From Saccostrea echinata (Eukaryota): DNA of 64,000 nucleotides. Within the stretch, counting starts at the first letter, position 1; every line of letters begins with the position of its first letter. The stretch covers positions 930,001-994,000 of the forward strand of contig NW_026889772.1 in NCBI RefSeq assembly GCF_033153115.1, in the 5' to 3' direction. The notes beneath the pieces are model-generated. The model was not told where the DNA came from, made no database searches, and saw only the letters and a program-made list of their open reading frames with translations. Shown in pieces: positions 27,001-42,000 of this stretch. The position numbers were made by a program, and so were the translations under genes.

Positions 27001-30000
27001 TCAAGAGGGACGTTAAACAAAATACAATCAATAAATCAATCATCTATGATTTTTCCTAAGCCCAGATTGATACTGACAGTAGGTTATTCGACTCAAGATA
27101 ATTATCTTAAGAGGTTTTATAATTATTTAAGGCCTGTAAATGGTTTTCCTGAACAACGTGTAACACTGAGACCTCTATAACTGTATTGATATGGTCATTA
27201 TATTTATACAATGATGTAATAAGTGAATAGCCCTATTCTTTGGTAATTTTTCCATTTTTAAGTAAAATATTAAACAGTTTTGTAAGAACTTCTTAAATGG
27301 TATTGTTGTTTGCTTTAATAAACTCATTTAAATTAAGTCAGGCCCAGCACTTTTACCATTTTTCAGTTTCAAAATGCTTTGTTTTATTTCATCTTGAGTA
27401 AACAAGAAGTCTATAGGATTTAGTACCTTATTTTGGTCAGTATACTTGTATTTTGAGGTCTTTGATTTATTTTCTTTCATCTTATTCAAGAAGGCTTTTG
27501 GGTTTTATGGTGAAAGTGATTCAATTTCTTCCCCAGTACGGTGATTATTTTAAAATTAAATAAATATTAATGAATATTAACTAAATAAAATTATAATACA
27601 TGTAAATTATAATAAATTCTACATGCAAACAGAAGTAGAATGCATGGTAGCAAAATGATGGATCATATTAAAGGAAATAAATGCCATCAGCAATTTCTTT
27701 AAATTTACTCTGACTTTGACCTTTGACGATCAACTTTCCTGATCAAAGGTCAAGAGTTCCTTCACAGGTGCTTTCATGTTTCTTCGACTCTTCGTTTAGA
27801 AGTGAAGAAAGCCTTTCAAAGAACTTGAATCTACCTCTTAAAGCTTCTGCCATAAATTGTCTCGAATCACTCTTGGAGGAACGTCAGTGATTAGCGTTAT
27901 TAGCACTTTTATTGCGTTCACCCCAAAGGTGGGCTAGAAAAAATTTCTTGTCATGAGATAGCATTTATAAGTATTCTCTATTTCTAGATAATTACTGAAC
28001 TGAACCATAAGACATGTATAATGAAACGCAAAAGAAACGCAACATCCTATTTTAGGGGGAAATATTATATAATGGATATAATTTTGCATCTAAAAAGTAA
28101 GGACATGTTCAACTTTGCAAATATCGGTAATTTAACGGTTGAATGATTTTCAAACCATTACCGGAAGTTAAGTTTGAGTCCGCTAAACAGAAATAAAAAA
28201 TTACATGTTTAACAAAACATTTGGCAATAATATGGGGTTTTAAGGGTTTGTGTCTGTCTATCATAAGTAATGCAGCAATATTCCGATAAATAAATTCCCC
28301 TGTCTTTTCCGTAAGCGATGCCAAGGCTTCCTGAAAATGACTTAAGTACGCATTTCCATTGCTCTAGCTGGAAAATCTTAAAATAAAGGCGATGGAGAGT
28401 TGCAGATGCAAATATGCACTACATCACGCCTCAACAGGCTCTTACGTATCATTAGCATGAATGACAGTCCTTGGACCGGAAGTCCAATTGTTACCACCTG
28501 CTCTAGGCTAGAGAAAATTCGACCTTATCATCTGAAAAATATGCATTTAAGGACATACGCAACGTAGTTTGAACTTTATTGTCTTTTCCCCTGGAGTTGA
28601 AGAGTTCCAATACTTAAAGGAATTGTGTGCTACATTTGTATGTCTATATATGCTGTTGTACACTTCTTCTAAACAAGTTTGGACAAACAAAACATCTAGA
28701 ATATGTGTTTAGTAATTTTTGTGTATTTTTCTTTGAATTATACAAGAATTTTCATCAATTTATATCTTTTCAAAACCCCTGGTAATGCATGCTGATTTTT
28801 TGTCGACGAACATCTGATGGCACTATAACCTTAAAGTAAGAATATCTTGAAAAATTATCAGTAGGTAAGGTACGTTGCGTATGTCCTTAAAAATGGCGAA
28901 GAATATTCCTTCTCTCAGATCTCGAGGTTGATGAACCTATTGCATCGTAGAAATCAAGCTGCAATTGTTGTGCATGGCAGTCTTGCACGCTGTAATTGAA
29001 TGGCCGGGGCGGGGGATGTTTTAACGTCATGAGTTACTTTCTAAAGTTAAATGATAATCATTTAACATTTTTATCAAATCTCTGATGTTTTTAAATCGAG
29101 TTTTAACTTACTGCATTCATTTTTGAAAATCATAAGATAAAAAATTCAAATATTTGTAGATTACTGCTTGTTGCGTTTCTTTTGCGTTTCAGTATATAAT
29201 CATATAAATAAATAATGTTTTAAAATCAATATTTATGTATCGAATACTACAAGATATAAAATATTACAAAATAGAATGAAATGTAGTAAGAAAAAATTTA
29301 TAACTACCAGAATTATGTAATATTTGCCGTGAAAACAATTTGAAGGATGTAAACTATTGAAAATCAATGAAACTGCTTATAAATAAATCACTAGAAAGAG
29401 GCTTGCATTTATTGAATAGGAGATGATAGTAACATCGTGCTTGTTGGCTTTAGATAAACAAAAGGGAAACGTTTATTAATAAAGAAAATTGATATGAAAT
29501 GTGCCTCTGTTCAAACATATTCAGGGTGTATTCAACTCGATAAAATCGGTAATTCTGCGTATTTTCTGAAAGGTTTTGTACGTTAAAAAATAACATTTTA
29601 TTTTAAATGACTTTCTCGAGAAAATTCTCATTAATTTGAACACATTTCCACGCTTTGTTTTGGTTCTCGTGTAGGTAGTCCAATCTTCAAATCCTGAAAA
29701 TCAGGAGTTGGGTAATTGAAAATGACCAAAAAATATGTCTTCGAATTTTCAAAGTAATATATATTAAACATGGTATTTCAACAAAATTCATCATTTACAT
29801 ATTATCATACCATGTATGGAAAATTATCAAATCTCAAATATATTTTCAGGAAATGCGAATAAAAGCACCCACTATGTATTTTCTAATTGAAAATTCATCA
29901 ACAAATATATTTAAGGATAAAAAACTATAGGCATTTGGAGAAAATTGCATGTTTTTTTAATACTTATACGGTACTTTAGTTCTTCTGTTTACTACAATTG

Positions 30001-33000
30001 TTATATTATATATATATTGTGTAAAACGTTTGTGCTATCATTGTGAGACTTCAAAGAACACTTCTAATTTCATATCAAGTAATACACATTGGTATATAAG
30101 GCTAGATTCAAGGAAATTCAATTTCTCTTAAATGTATTTATTTTTGTACTTTTATGGGGTTTAAATATCAACATTTTACAATATTGTTTCCAAGGCTTCA
30201 AAGAACCTTGGATCTATTGAGATGCATAAAATGAAAATTGTTGCACGAGACGATTTCAATTTCAAGCTTCATTTTGAGACTTTGTTAATTACATACTAAT
30301 TTTAAGAGTTATCCTTCCTGGCTGAGGAGCGATATCCTTAAATTATTTTCTTAATTTTTCATTCCATTCACCATACCATTATAGCTTTGACTTAGAGAAA
30401 ATGCATCTAGATGCCAAATATATTTTACCTTTCAAATGCTCGGAAGGATATTACGTACGTATCACTTATCTCAGAAAACGTGTAAATAATTAAAACATGA
30501 ATTTAATTTCCCGTCAAATACTAATGATGTACACGGAAACTTGATTGACAATTTTCTTGGTTTCACTTTATTTTCACTTTCTTCTCCTTAGGAATAGACT
30601 TTGTAATAGATATGATTAAATTTCGACAGTCTATTTGTACGTTAAACAGGAATTTGTTTACCTGCACCGAATAAAGATTTTGATCTAAACTAGAGATGGA
30701 TTCTTTTTAAATTGGTAAAGTGGTAATTGGAGCTGATATAGACTTGTCATCAGAAAATGTTTTCTGTTGGTTTAAGCAGCTTATCTTAATTAAATGCTAA
30801 TCATACAGGAATTTTTTAATCTATATATTTTATTAATTAGTTTATTTTCTTTTTTGTTGGACAGGTGAATTGCAGCGTTAGCGCCCAGTATTCTAACAGT
30901 GTACCTGGTTCAACATTTACAAGCCCTAAGTTCTTTGCTGGTGTCAAGGTATTCATAAAATCCATCCGCTTAATATGTTTATTTTCTCGAGATTTTACAA
31001 TGCAAGTTTTAGCTTTTAAGGATTCTTATCATAATTTGTACCGGAGTTTATTCATTTAAATTCGTAATAATTGAGAATGACTTTCAAAATTTGGTGTTGC
31101 TGGTTATTTTATATACTATGGAATCATTAATGTTCGGGGGGGGGGGGGCAATGTTTGTGGATTTCGTGGGTCATCCTTATCCACGAATTTACATCCCCAC
31201 GAACAATTATTTTGTTAACATATTTATTTATTGAATCTTCTGTATATACAAGTTACCCACGATATATTACGTCCCCACGAACCAACAAAATTTTGCTTGC
31301 CCACGAACATTGACCCCCCACGAATTAAAATAATTCCACATTACCTTTAAGCTCTGAAATTTTAATACCACGATAGAAGTTCTTTAAATATAAGTAATTA
31401 TTACATGTATACACATCTACAATGAACTTAAATTTATGTATTGTACATCTTTTTCATATTTTTGTGAAAATCTGTTCTACAGAATATGCTCAAATTTTAA
31501 TCTTATCTCCTAAGCAAAAGTTGAATTGAAGTTTCTCTTGTTATTAGGTAAACCAGACATTTGTAGATGTAGACGAAGGTCAAACAGTAGCCATAGAGGT
31601 CACTAGCACACTTCCGGTTGGTTGTAGTGTATCATTATCTGAGTCTGAGAAGGAAACTAATTGTAAGGGGACTTTGTACATAAGAACTACGGAGTATTGG
31701 CCGTGGTGCTGGAACGGAGTTAAATATCTGTCGGCAGCATTTCCCGACAATGGATGCCAGCTACATTTCTCGTACAAATATTGGTACGAACCTGTCCAAT
31801 TAAACATTACAGGATATATGGACGGAATGCGAAACTGGTGGTACAAGTCGACTGACATTAAGCTTGAGCCTGGCACTGACAGCAATCACCTCGCATGGGG
31901 GAACATGCAGTTTGATGATACCATTGCTGTACGAATCTTATGTTAAAATATGATAAACTAGAGAATAAAAACATATACAAATAGGTTGATTTTAAAGGTT
32001 ATCGACAGCAGCAAACTCTATCAGTTAAGAATTTAGTACTGGATCTTCCTATTTTTTGTACTTGTTTTTTCTCTAAAATATTACAGTTTGAAACATAGAA
32101 ATGTGTCAATCCCTTAATTGTTCTGAATTACTATAAGGATTTCTTGATTTCATTTTAATTGAAATTTATCATTTCTTCAGGTCAGAGTGCATGACAAAGA
32201 CACGAGTGGGGGAGGTATATGTAGCTCCTATAACGATCCTCATATGCAGACATTTGACGGAATATACTGGGAAAATCAACGCGTGGGAGAATTCGTCATG
32301 TATAGACACAAGTCTAAGCCTTTCTCGGTACGTACATGTAACTAGAGCTTCTGTTTGAGGGATTTAAATTTGAGATTAATTAACTTTACCTTAATTAACC
32401 AGTATATTCTACTCATAATCTTGTTACTTTACTTTTCTTTATAGTCTTGGAGTGTGAGTTTTAAAAAAATCACATTCTGATGTCAATGGGGGGTCGTGGT
32501 AAAATAACACACCCGAGTTTATATCTATTTTCTATTTTAAAGACATATTGCATTTTTTTAAGATGATATAGATAATATGTGCCCCCCCCCCCCCCAATAA
32601 AACAAATAGATTTTTTTCGGCATATGTATGTTCTATAATAGACGTTTTTCAACACAGCCCCAACATGGACGTCTGAATACGAATTTTAATACCCATATTC
32701 AAAGGCGATATAGGGTTGTTTAGACTCGTTGAAAGGTAAATAAAGTAACAAAATTATGAGTAAAACGTATGGTTTATTAATGGATACCATGCTTTTCACA
32801 GGGGAACGCATATAATACAAGAAATAATACCTGAAGCGAGCGTAAATCGAAGGTTTTTACAATGCTTGTATCTGTAGCTCTCCAGTTTTTCTGTCTGAGT
32901 TTTCTCAACCAGAGAGCTACAGTTCTGCAACTAAAAAATTATGTATAATAATATATTCATCAAGAATGTCATCTTTAGGCCAATATTTCTTTTTAATGAT

Positions 33001-36000
33001 TTCTGAATGTTGAAATTCAACCGATCAGTGAACTAAGAATCATTCTTGAAAATTACAATAGACTGTTTCGAACATAATGACTACAGTATCACAGGGCAAA
33101 TTGATTAGGGCTGTCACGAGTACCCGAAATAACCGAGAACCGCGGTCCAAGTTGTTCGGTTCGGTTCCGGTTCCATTTTTCCGGATTTCGGTTCGGGTCT
33201 GGTTTATATATTAGAGTCTGTTCAATACAAAAAATGGCGTCGAAATCAAAGGAATGATGACGATAACAGTGAAAAATAAACATCACAACTGAAATCTACT
33301 TCATTACATGACAAAACACTTGTCACGGAAGTATTAGATAATTATCAAAACGAGCAGGAATGGTCAGGTTGTGGCTAATAGTAGGCCAAGTCACCGATGT
33401 CTAGACGTTCGCATGGTTAAGACTTGTTTTCAATGTAAATTTAATGTAACAAATAAAGATTTTTCAAGTTAAATTCCTGAAATTAAGGTTTAAAATAAAT
33501 GTAAATACACGACCCGAAAAACCCGAAACCGAACCGAAAATTTACAGAACCGACCCGACCCGAAAAATTTTGGAACCGTGACAGCCCTAAAATTGATACA
33601 ATAGTTGTTTGGCACATTTTTGTAGGCAGATAATTAAATGACTTTTATTAAACAATCTACATGTATATTGGTTTGAATTGGGTTTTTCATCCTCAATACT
33701 ATATAAATTTTAGGTCCATGCCTTATTTTCTGCCTGTGTCCCCGGATTTGCAACCTGTAACTGCGGAGTAGCTGTCAAAAGTGGGAATTCACTGTATGTC
33801 GTTAGAACCTGCACTAGAGTGTCCGCCAGTCGGGTCCAACTCCTAAGTGTTCCGTATGAACTAATGGATGGATGCGATCCCGACGCCATTGCTGTGCAGA
33901 AAACCGGAAGTAGATACCGGGTTGGTTCCATTATTATTAATTATGATTTCTTATCATTTAATTACGAGGGATAGAAAATATGTTATATTGTCTTCAAGAT
34001 ATTTTTTATAATAACATCCTAAGAAGCATCGAAAAAGGCACTAACACGATATTTTCTAAGCATGTAATGCTAAAAGAAGACTTTTTTTGATTGAGAAGAA
34101 AGATTTTGGGTTACATATTCATTTATTTTTTGCCACGAAATAAACTTTTTCGTCCAAAATGATTGACAGGTTACTCTCCCTAATGGTGTAGAAGTGACAT
34201 TCGCCTTGAGTGGTTGGGATAACTGGATCTCGTACGTCCAGATTGTGGCGCCTTCGTCTGATTTTGATAAAACAGAGGGATTGTGTGGTACCTATAACGG
34301 GGATACCTCTGATGATTTCATTCCTAAAGGTCAACAAAGCCCTGTAGCTGACGAGAAAACTTTCGCCGTGTCTTGGAGGTAACTTGTATATAAAAATACA
34401 GATGATAACAAAGAAATAATAATTTGTTTACTTATATACAATTATTCTTTATTTCATATTATTTGGATTTAACCAGATATCCCAGGGCCTTACAGTCAGT
34501 TGAGTATAATACAACACAGTAATGGACCCATAGAAGTATAACATAAAACAGGGATGGGCACGATTACTGACAAATGTAATCGATTAATAATCGATTACTC
34601 AGAGAAATTTTGTGTAATCGATTAATAATCGATTACACTCATTTTTGTCCTGTAATCGATTGTAATCGATTACTTTGGAAGATGTAATCGATTAATAATC
34701 GATTACTTTCAAGTTTTTATCCCTTCAAATATCGAAGCAATATTTTAATGGTATATATGTTGATGATATCCACTGAAGTTTGATGTGTTCCTGCAGTTTC
34801 ATTTCAGATTCTTTTAAGGTTTTTTTCTGGTTTGGTTTCATATTTTAGACCTAGCATTCTCACTAAATGCCCAAATGAGGAATTCTCTACCATGGAAGGT
34901 GGAGAAATGATTCCTACAATAAAATATGCCAAGGAATTAATTATTCCTTTCAACCTTGGATCTGAACCTCCATATTTATTGACTTGTTGCAAAAAATATT
35001 TAATATTTTATTGTGAATTACTTCATAAGAAGTATTTGGGCTGTCTGTATGTTGACAATATACATTAAACATTCCTGTACGTGTCTTTTTCCAAAAAATA
35101 ATTAAATTAGAACTCTTAGTAATAAACATGTAAATGAAATGTGTCTTAAGTAATTAAACTAATAGCACAATTTCATTCTGTATTGAAGTAAGTGTTTTGA
35201 GAGCTTTTAATTGTTTTAATAATATTGTTCGTCTTCAATGGAATGAAAGTTAAACACTAGCCAGGTAGTTCACAGTTTACACCTCATTATCTGCAAATCA
35301 GGGATGTCTCTGTCAATTAATTAGCCAAGATAAGCAAACACAGTGACACTTACTCCCTCTCTTACAGACACTTATATAACCTCTCACTGATATAAAAGCA
35401 ACCTTACAATTTTGAATGAAAACATGAGAATGATTTTGCAAATTTTAAAGTTACTAAAACACAAGTTTGAAGTTTTTAAAACCTTTTCAGATATGAATAA
35501 GTGTTTCCATCTTCTTTTTTTTTTTTGGAGTACAATGTAGTTTACTTACCAAATTATTTATATTTAATACAGCACTTAAATCTGTTTTTGCTATTTATAA
35601 TTTTTATTTTCTAATACAAGACAAAGTTTTTCAACATTTGCAATGTGAAAAAGGATATATGCAGCAAGAGGACAGTGGGTCAGATGAAAAATCTGTATAT
35701 TTTATTAATAAATGGTTGAAATACACTTCTGAATTATTTAATACTAGACCAGATGGTCTATAATGCAAATTTTATTGAGAACATTATTAAACTTATGATA
35801 ATAAAAGTTAGGAAATATAAACATTACACCAGCTGGTTTATATTTGATATTTATGTGTGACTAGCTGGAAATAATTCTCCAAAATAACATCCATTTATGT
35901 ATAAAATAATCGAAAGTAATCGAAAAAGAAATTATAATTACATTGGAAATTTTAGCTGTAATCGATTAAATTACGATTACAAGTAATCGAAAATCTCTTC

Positions 36001-39000
36001 GATTACAGATTACTGTCGATTACTTGAAAAAAAGTAATCATTACAATCGATTACGATTACTCGATTACGATTACCCCATCCCTGACATAAAACAAAATAA
36101 ACTGATAGATGAAGATATGCTACCCAAAAGCAAGTGTAATAGGATGATCGGGGACTAACAATATAGTCTAGTACTCAGTTGTAAATCATAAAGTAGATCT
36201 AACTGTATAATACAGAGGTACAGAGAAAAAGATTATCAAAGAAATATTGCATTTTCACTATATACTCAATAGAGCTCCGTCCGGAGTACAGCAAGAATAA
36301 AATCATTTTAACCCCATATCCAACTCCAGTTAGATTCTACCCTATTTACATCCAAAAATCATGCAACTTGTTAATACTTCAAACAGAAACATTGCAAAGA
36401 TGCACATTATCTGAGAATCATTGGACATAAATGAGGACTATGATCATGTTTCAGTAATTATTCTCCGAAGAATACTAATGAGAACTACCAAAACGATTTG
36501 CTGGTCAACGTATTACAAAAATTAAAGTTGACTTTGAAAAAGTTTCAGATCTTGTTTCAGGTGATAGGTTTCCTCAAGAAAACATTACCTTTTTTGCTGT
36601 TTCTAGATACTGTTAGATTCATTCGTTGTAAACAGCCTTGTACAATGAAATACAAGCAGACGAAATCCTTCTGGAAGGCTGGTAGGAATTTGAATATTAT
36701 TATTCCATAACATTTATTTATATTTTATGGGCGGACCAAGGTCTATAGGAGATGAAGAGGGACTGATCAAAAAGAAATTTCTTATGCTAAATTTTGCAGT
36801 ACCTAACGAAACAATTTTGAAGAACTTTTCGTTTCCCAAAGCGAATAAATACAGGGTGCTTTTCACACATTCAGTGAGTCATATCAGTTGTGTGCAGATG
36901 TCAAGAGGGTGACTTCCGGGCTAGACAAACAAGGAGACGTAGATGTGTAATATTGGATATGAGAATGGAGAATGGAGAAATCCTTCGTTCGAAACAGGAA
37001 CCTTTTACAATAGAAATTAGATGATGTAGAAGTTGTGAAAGGTTTGTGCTTCGATGATGAAGGCATTGCGAAGAAAACTGAATTTAGTACCAAGCTAAAT
37101 GAGGTTATTGTATGTCTTAGGATGAATATTCGTAGGATGAGGGAATACAAGAAGGTGATATCTATACACGAGTATGGATTGCAGAAATTTTTATCCCTTG
37201 GTGAAATTGATTGGAGGAACTCTAACCATGCATATGCCATAAGTTGCTTACGTACAAACATATTTGATTCAACTGTAGCAGCAAATCAAAAACAACATCG
37301 TGAAGTCTTTATCCTTTGTCGGGAAATAAATAGTATTTAGAATCCCCTTTGTATCTTCACGAAGAAAAAGTGATAGTGACAATCAATACAAAATTTAGTT
37401 CGACTTACAGAGTGGACCGACGATTCTGATCCAAAAGAAACTAGGTTCATAAAGCAAAGATCATCTCTGTTGCATACACATTTTACTTGTGTTACAAGTA
37501 GTTCATACTCAATCCATTATGACTTCGAGGTCTGCAAGAACAGAAGAATATAGAGAAAAGAATATAGAGGGAAGTTCATGTCCAATTTCCTCTGATTTAG
37601 AGAAAAGGTTTACACATGNNNNNNNNNNNNNNNNNNNNNNNNNNNNNNNNNNNNNNNNNNNNNNNNNNNNNNNNNNNNNNNNNNNNNNNNNNNNNNNNNN
37701 NNNNNNNNNNNNNNNNNNNNNNNNNNNNNNNNNNNNNNNNNNNNNNNNNNNNNNNNNNNNNNNNNNNNNNNNNNNNNNNNNNNNNNNNNNNNNNNNNNNG
37801 CAAAATATTATCGATGTAGTTTCTATCTGCAAGCTTTGTTTAAAAGGGATGTTACCTTGTGAAAAGTAAATATGTAACACTTCTTGAATTGTCGCCTAAT
37901 GGTAACATCCGAGAAATCGAACAAAAGAGCCCTTATTACATAGAAAATGTATTGCCGCTGTTGAGATAAAGTATCCTTCTCCAAACCAAGGAGAGACCTA
38001 CACTCATTATTTTTATGCTTTTACCAGTCGACTTTGGGATTAAAATGAGGTAGAAAATTCTCTTCGGAGTTGGAAATGGGGATGAAATTATTTTATTCTT
38101 GCTGTACTTTTTTTCTTTTAGCAGTTCTATTGTCAATTTTTGCCTTTTTCTTGACTATTTGGTATTCCTTGATAAAAAGTAAGCAACAAATAATTTTATT
38201 GCCCACTTTAATTATGTTTTAATTATCCAACAAAGTGGCTAAAGATACGATAGATAAAGATTAGTTGCATTATGTTACTGATAATGGGAGTCGTTGTATC
38301 ATACGTTACCCCTAAAAACCCTAATTAAAAGCGATAAAATAAATAACTTCATTACAATTCTAGGGTGAAAGGGGAAAATAATGAATTTTCATCACGGTGA
38401 ACGTGAGTCAAATGCTGACTGACGTTTTTCATACTAATTGTTAGGCCATTATTTACACACTGAATTGTCGACGGATTTTTCCGTTATTTCCCGATCATGA
38501 CAAGGAGCACACGGCGGGTGTGACCGGTCGGCAGGGGATGCTCACTCCTCCATGGCACCTGATCCCACCTCTGATGTTTGGAGGTCCGTGTTTGCTCTGC
38601 TCCTATTTTGTATTGTTTGATGGACTTTTGAGCCTGAATACTGTTCCTTATCTTCATATATTTCTTCTGAACTTGTAACTTGATTGGGAAAAAGCTATAT
38701 GAATAAACTTCTAAGCCTTTTTATCATGAAAGTGAAAAGAGTTTAAGAAAACACTAGACATTGTATTTTGTATCAACAGATGTCTGTGGCATTCCTATAA
38801 TGCAACTTCTAACACATTTAGGGCTAATTTGCCTTAAAGAAAAACAAATACAACATTAACTTACCTTGGTCAAATTTTCAAACAAAACCCCCGTAAGGAA
38901 TCGTTTGATCATACGTTTCGGAATAGGTGCATCACAGTAATGCAATGGCACTGTGATTTTTATCATGAAAAAAAAGGTGGAGAAAACGATAAGTGGTCGA

Positions 39001-42000
39001 ACTCGATAAAAAGTACAAGTAAAAATCTCTGAATAGGGCTTTAAAAAGAACCCCGGGAATTCCAGAGATGGGATCAGGTCCCTAAGAGAAATAAGCATCC
39101 CCTGTCGTCCTATGATCAATAGAACCCTATCCTATCTACAGAACCCCTGATCCCGAGGCCAAGAATTTCATAATATTGGTAGAGGACTCAATGATTATAA
39201 CAATTATCAATAACTGTTTGATGTCCAGGAGTAAAGGAAAAGACTTTTAAAGACTGCATTAATTTTGATGGTTTTAGTTCCACCCCTCCGACCCGGTTCC
39301 ATGAAATTCATATTTTTAGGTGCTATGTAACAAAATTGGTTAAAACGGGTTCCAGAGAAACTGAAAATATTCAAATGTAAACACGACGCACGACGACGGA
39401 CAAAAACAGATTGGATAGGTCACCTGAGTCACCCAGGTGACCTAGAAAATGTATTTAATTTGTATACCATAACTCGTCGTGAAGAGAACACAACTGTAAT
39501 TAATGAAAAGTGTCAGAACATGTCAAATGAGCTTTTGAAACTAAAATGCATTACTTACATTTTCCTTTTTGAGACACATGGCATTGTCAACTTTCATATA
39601 AGCTTGAGATGGTGCCTTCTGACTGCAATTATATTACTCCTCGTCGGTTGTAGTTCATAATTACATTTTCAAAGCATTTTGTTGAAAAAAAAATATGCTT
39701 GCATTTTACGTAAATATTTTATGATGGAAATTGCCCAAAGTTCAGTTGTCTCATTAGTCATGAAAATGTTAAAGATATTTAAATTTTATAATCAAATATT
39801 ATGTATTGTATTATCAATGTAGCTTTCTATAGAAGATACTTTTTTCATCGAACTTGATAAAATCAGTACATAATATGGATTTAACGGAAATTACTATTTA
39901 ATCAATGTAATGAAATTACTTACAGAGTGGCTCAGGGCTCATCGGACAGTCTCTTCATAAACAGTCCAACCCTCAGCAGCTATTCATTGCCGTAAGTAAA
40001 AGTAACGTTTTGGCAGAAACTCGGATTTAAACATTTTGTCTTTACTAGATACATACTAGATGTTTTACTCCTCTCTGTAGATCTACCCCTACCACCACTC
40101 CTGCTACCCTCTATTGTACATGCTCCTCCTACCAATCTGCCAATCAAAATCCTGGTTACGCCCACTGCCAGCTGGAGTCTCCAACGGAACCATGTTCTGA
40201 GTATAAGAGCCAAACTGTTAGTGTGTGCACACAGAGTAGAAGAAAGAGGAGTACTTCCGGGACAGATGACGTCATAGATACACCAAGTTTCTCTTACGAT
40301 CCCGACTATGATCAGGAACTACAGGTTTGGTTTTCATAAATATTCACAGTCCATTACCACTACTTGTGTAAGAAAGCTCAACATTCCTGTAATATGGAAA
40401 AAAGAACTAAAATTCCCACTCTGTTTAAAGTTCACAATGAATCATTATTATGACACAATTCCTCACAGATAATAAATATCTTTACTCATGATTATGAATG
40501 ATGCTTTTGGATAAGGTGGCTACCTGGCGAAATGGTTGGAATGAGAGTGCTGCCACGGATTATTGCAGCAATGCGTTCACTAAGGACCCTGCTGTCACAG
40601 TCTGCATAGAGAAAGTCAATACCAGCGTAGCAGAATACACAAACAGTTGTATTACTGATATCAAGGTAACTCAACCTACAACCAAATTTGTTTTTTTTTT
40701 GTTGTTGTTGTTTTTGACAGTTAGACCTGTATAATAGATTCAGAATAAACAGCAGCTTAAATTCTCTCAAAGAAAGAATTTATCATGCTGAAGAGCATAC
40801 TGTAAACCAACTTTTATGCGAGAAATATTCGCGACTTTCGCGATCTATTTTAACTCGCGAATATCAATCGCCGCGAACTATTTAATCTGCTTTGTATTTG
40901 TAGAGAATGTTTCCTTAGTCACGAAAATTAATCGTCGCGGATTGATTTCAAACCGACTTATCGCGAATAAAAGTTGACGCGAATAATAGTTGGTTTACAG
41001 TATATTTGAGTACTTTTTGGGATATGTAATTTCGCCGAAGTAAAATTAGCGGTTGAAAATATAGAGCCATTTTATGTTGTGCTACCCTAGCACTGATTTT
41101 TTAATGTTAGAGATGACTTCTCAAATGGTCACTGCATTATATTTTTTTATTTATTCTTTTTTTTATTATCTGAACAGCTCCAAGGTGACACTGACTTCTT
41201 GAAAGCGACACTCGATACTCTAAAGAAGAAATGCATAACAACAGCATCACGTGACGAAAGTTTCCAGCAGACGAATACAACATCTAATGGCGTCAGCGTT
41301 TTAGATACTCTTTCCAGTTTAACTTGTCCAAATAACTGCTCAGGTCACGGGACGTGCGCTAACGGTGAGTACAAGTAACTGCCAACAAAACACCTAAGAG
41401 AGTCAAATCTCATTCATAATGAACATACACATCAAGAGATTAATAGCGTACTTCGATCGGACAACCCACGTTAACGCTTGTAGGCCAGATTTCTATTATT
41501 TTTTGTCCCTTAATACAGGTAGTTTAATCCAATGACAAAAAAGCACATGCACTAGAATGCAACAAGAGTTACTCTATTCAACCTTGATTCAAGGCAGGCT
41601 AAATCAACTAAGGATTAAATGTCAAATTCAACCTTGATTCAAGGCAGACTAAATCAACTAAGGATTAAATGTCAAATTCAAGACTGAGTGTGTTCTATTT
41701 TTCTGTAAATTATTTGACTTTGATTGGGAAGTGTAATCCAGGAAAGACTTTGACCGCGATTATTTAAAGAAACTGGTTTCATCTCTGTTTAATGATTAAT
41801 ATGGAATAAATGTTTTTGAAAGTCTCTGTCTAATCATGAATGATGTTGCAACCTCGGATAATTGATAAGATATGTACACCAATGATCCTATTCCTTAGAA
41901 AACTGTATAGTTATAGTTCACCACCAAAGTGCAAAAATATGGCTTGTTTGTCTTAAATTACACCTCCTGCTTCTATAAGTATGATGCCTGATGTCCAGTC

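Noticed and set aside
36498-37880. Cluster of short ORFs in the long gene 1 intron next to the gap
   Set aside because: No recognisable motif and not needed for gene 1, since 34378 joins 39926 in phase exactly as in gene 2. Probably decayed TE; blastx would settle it.
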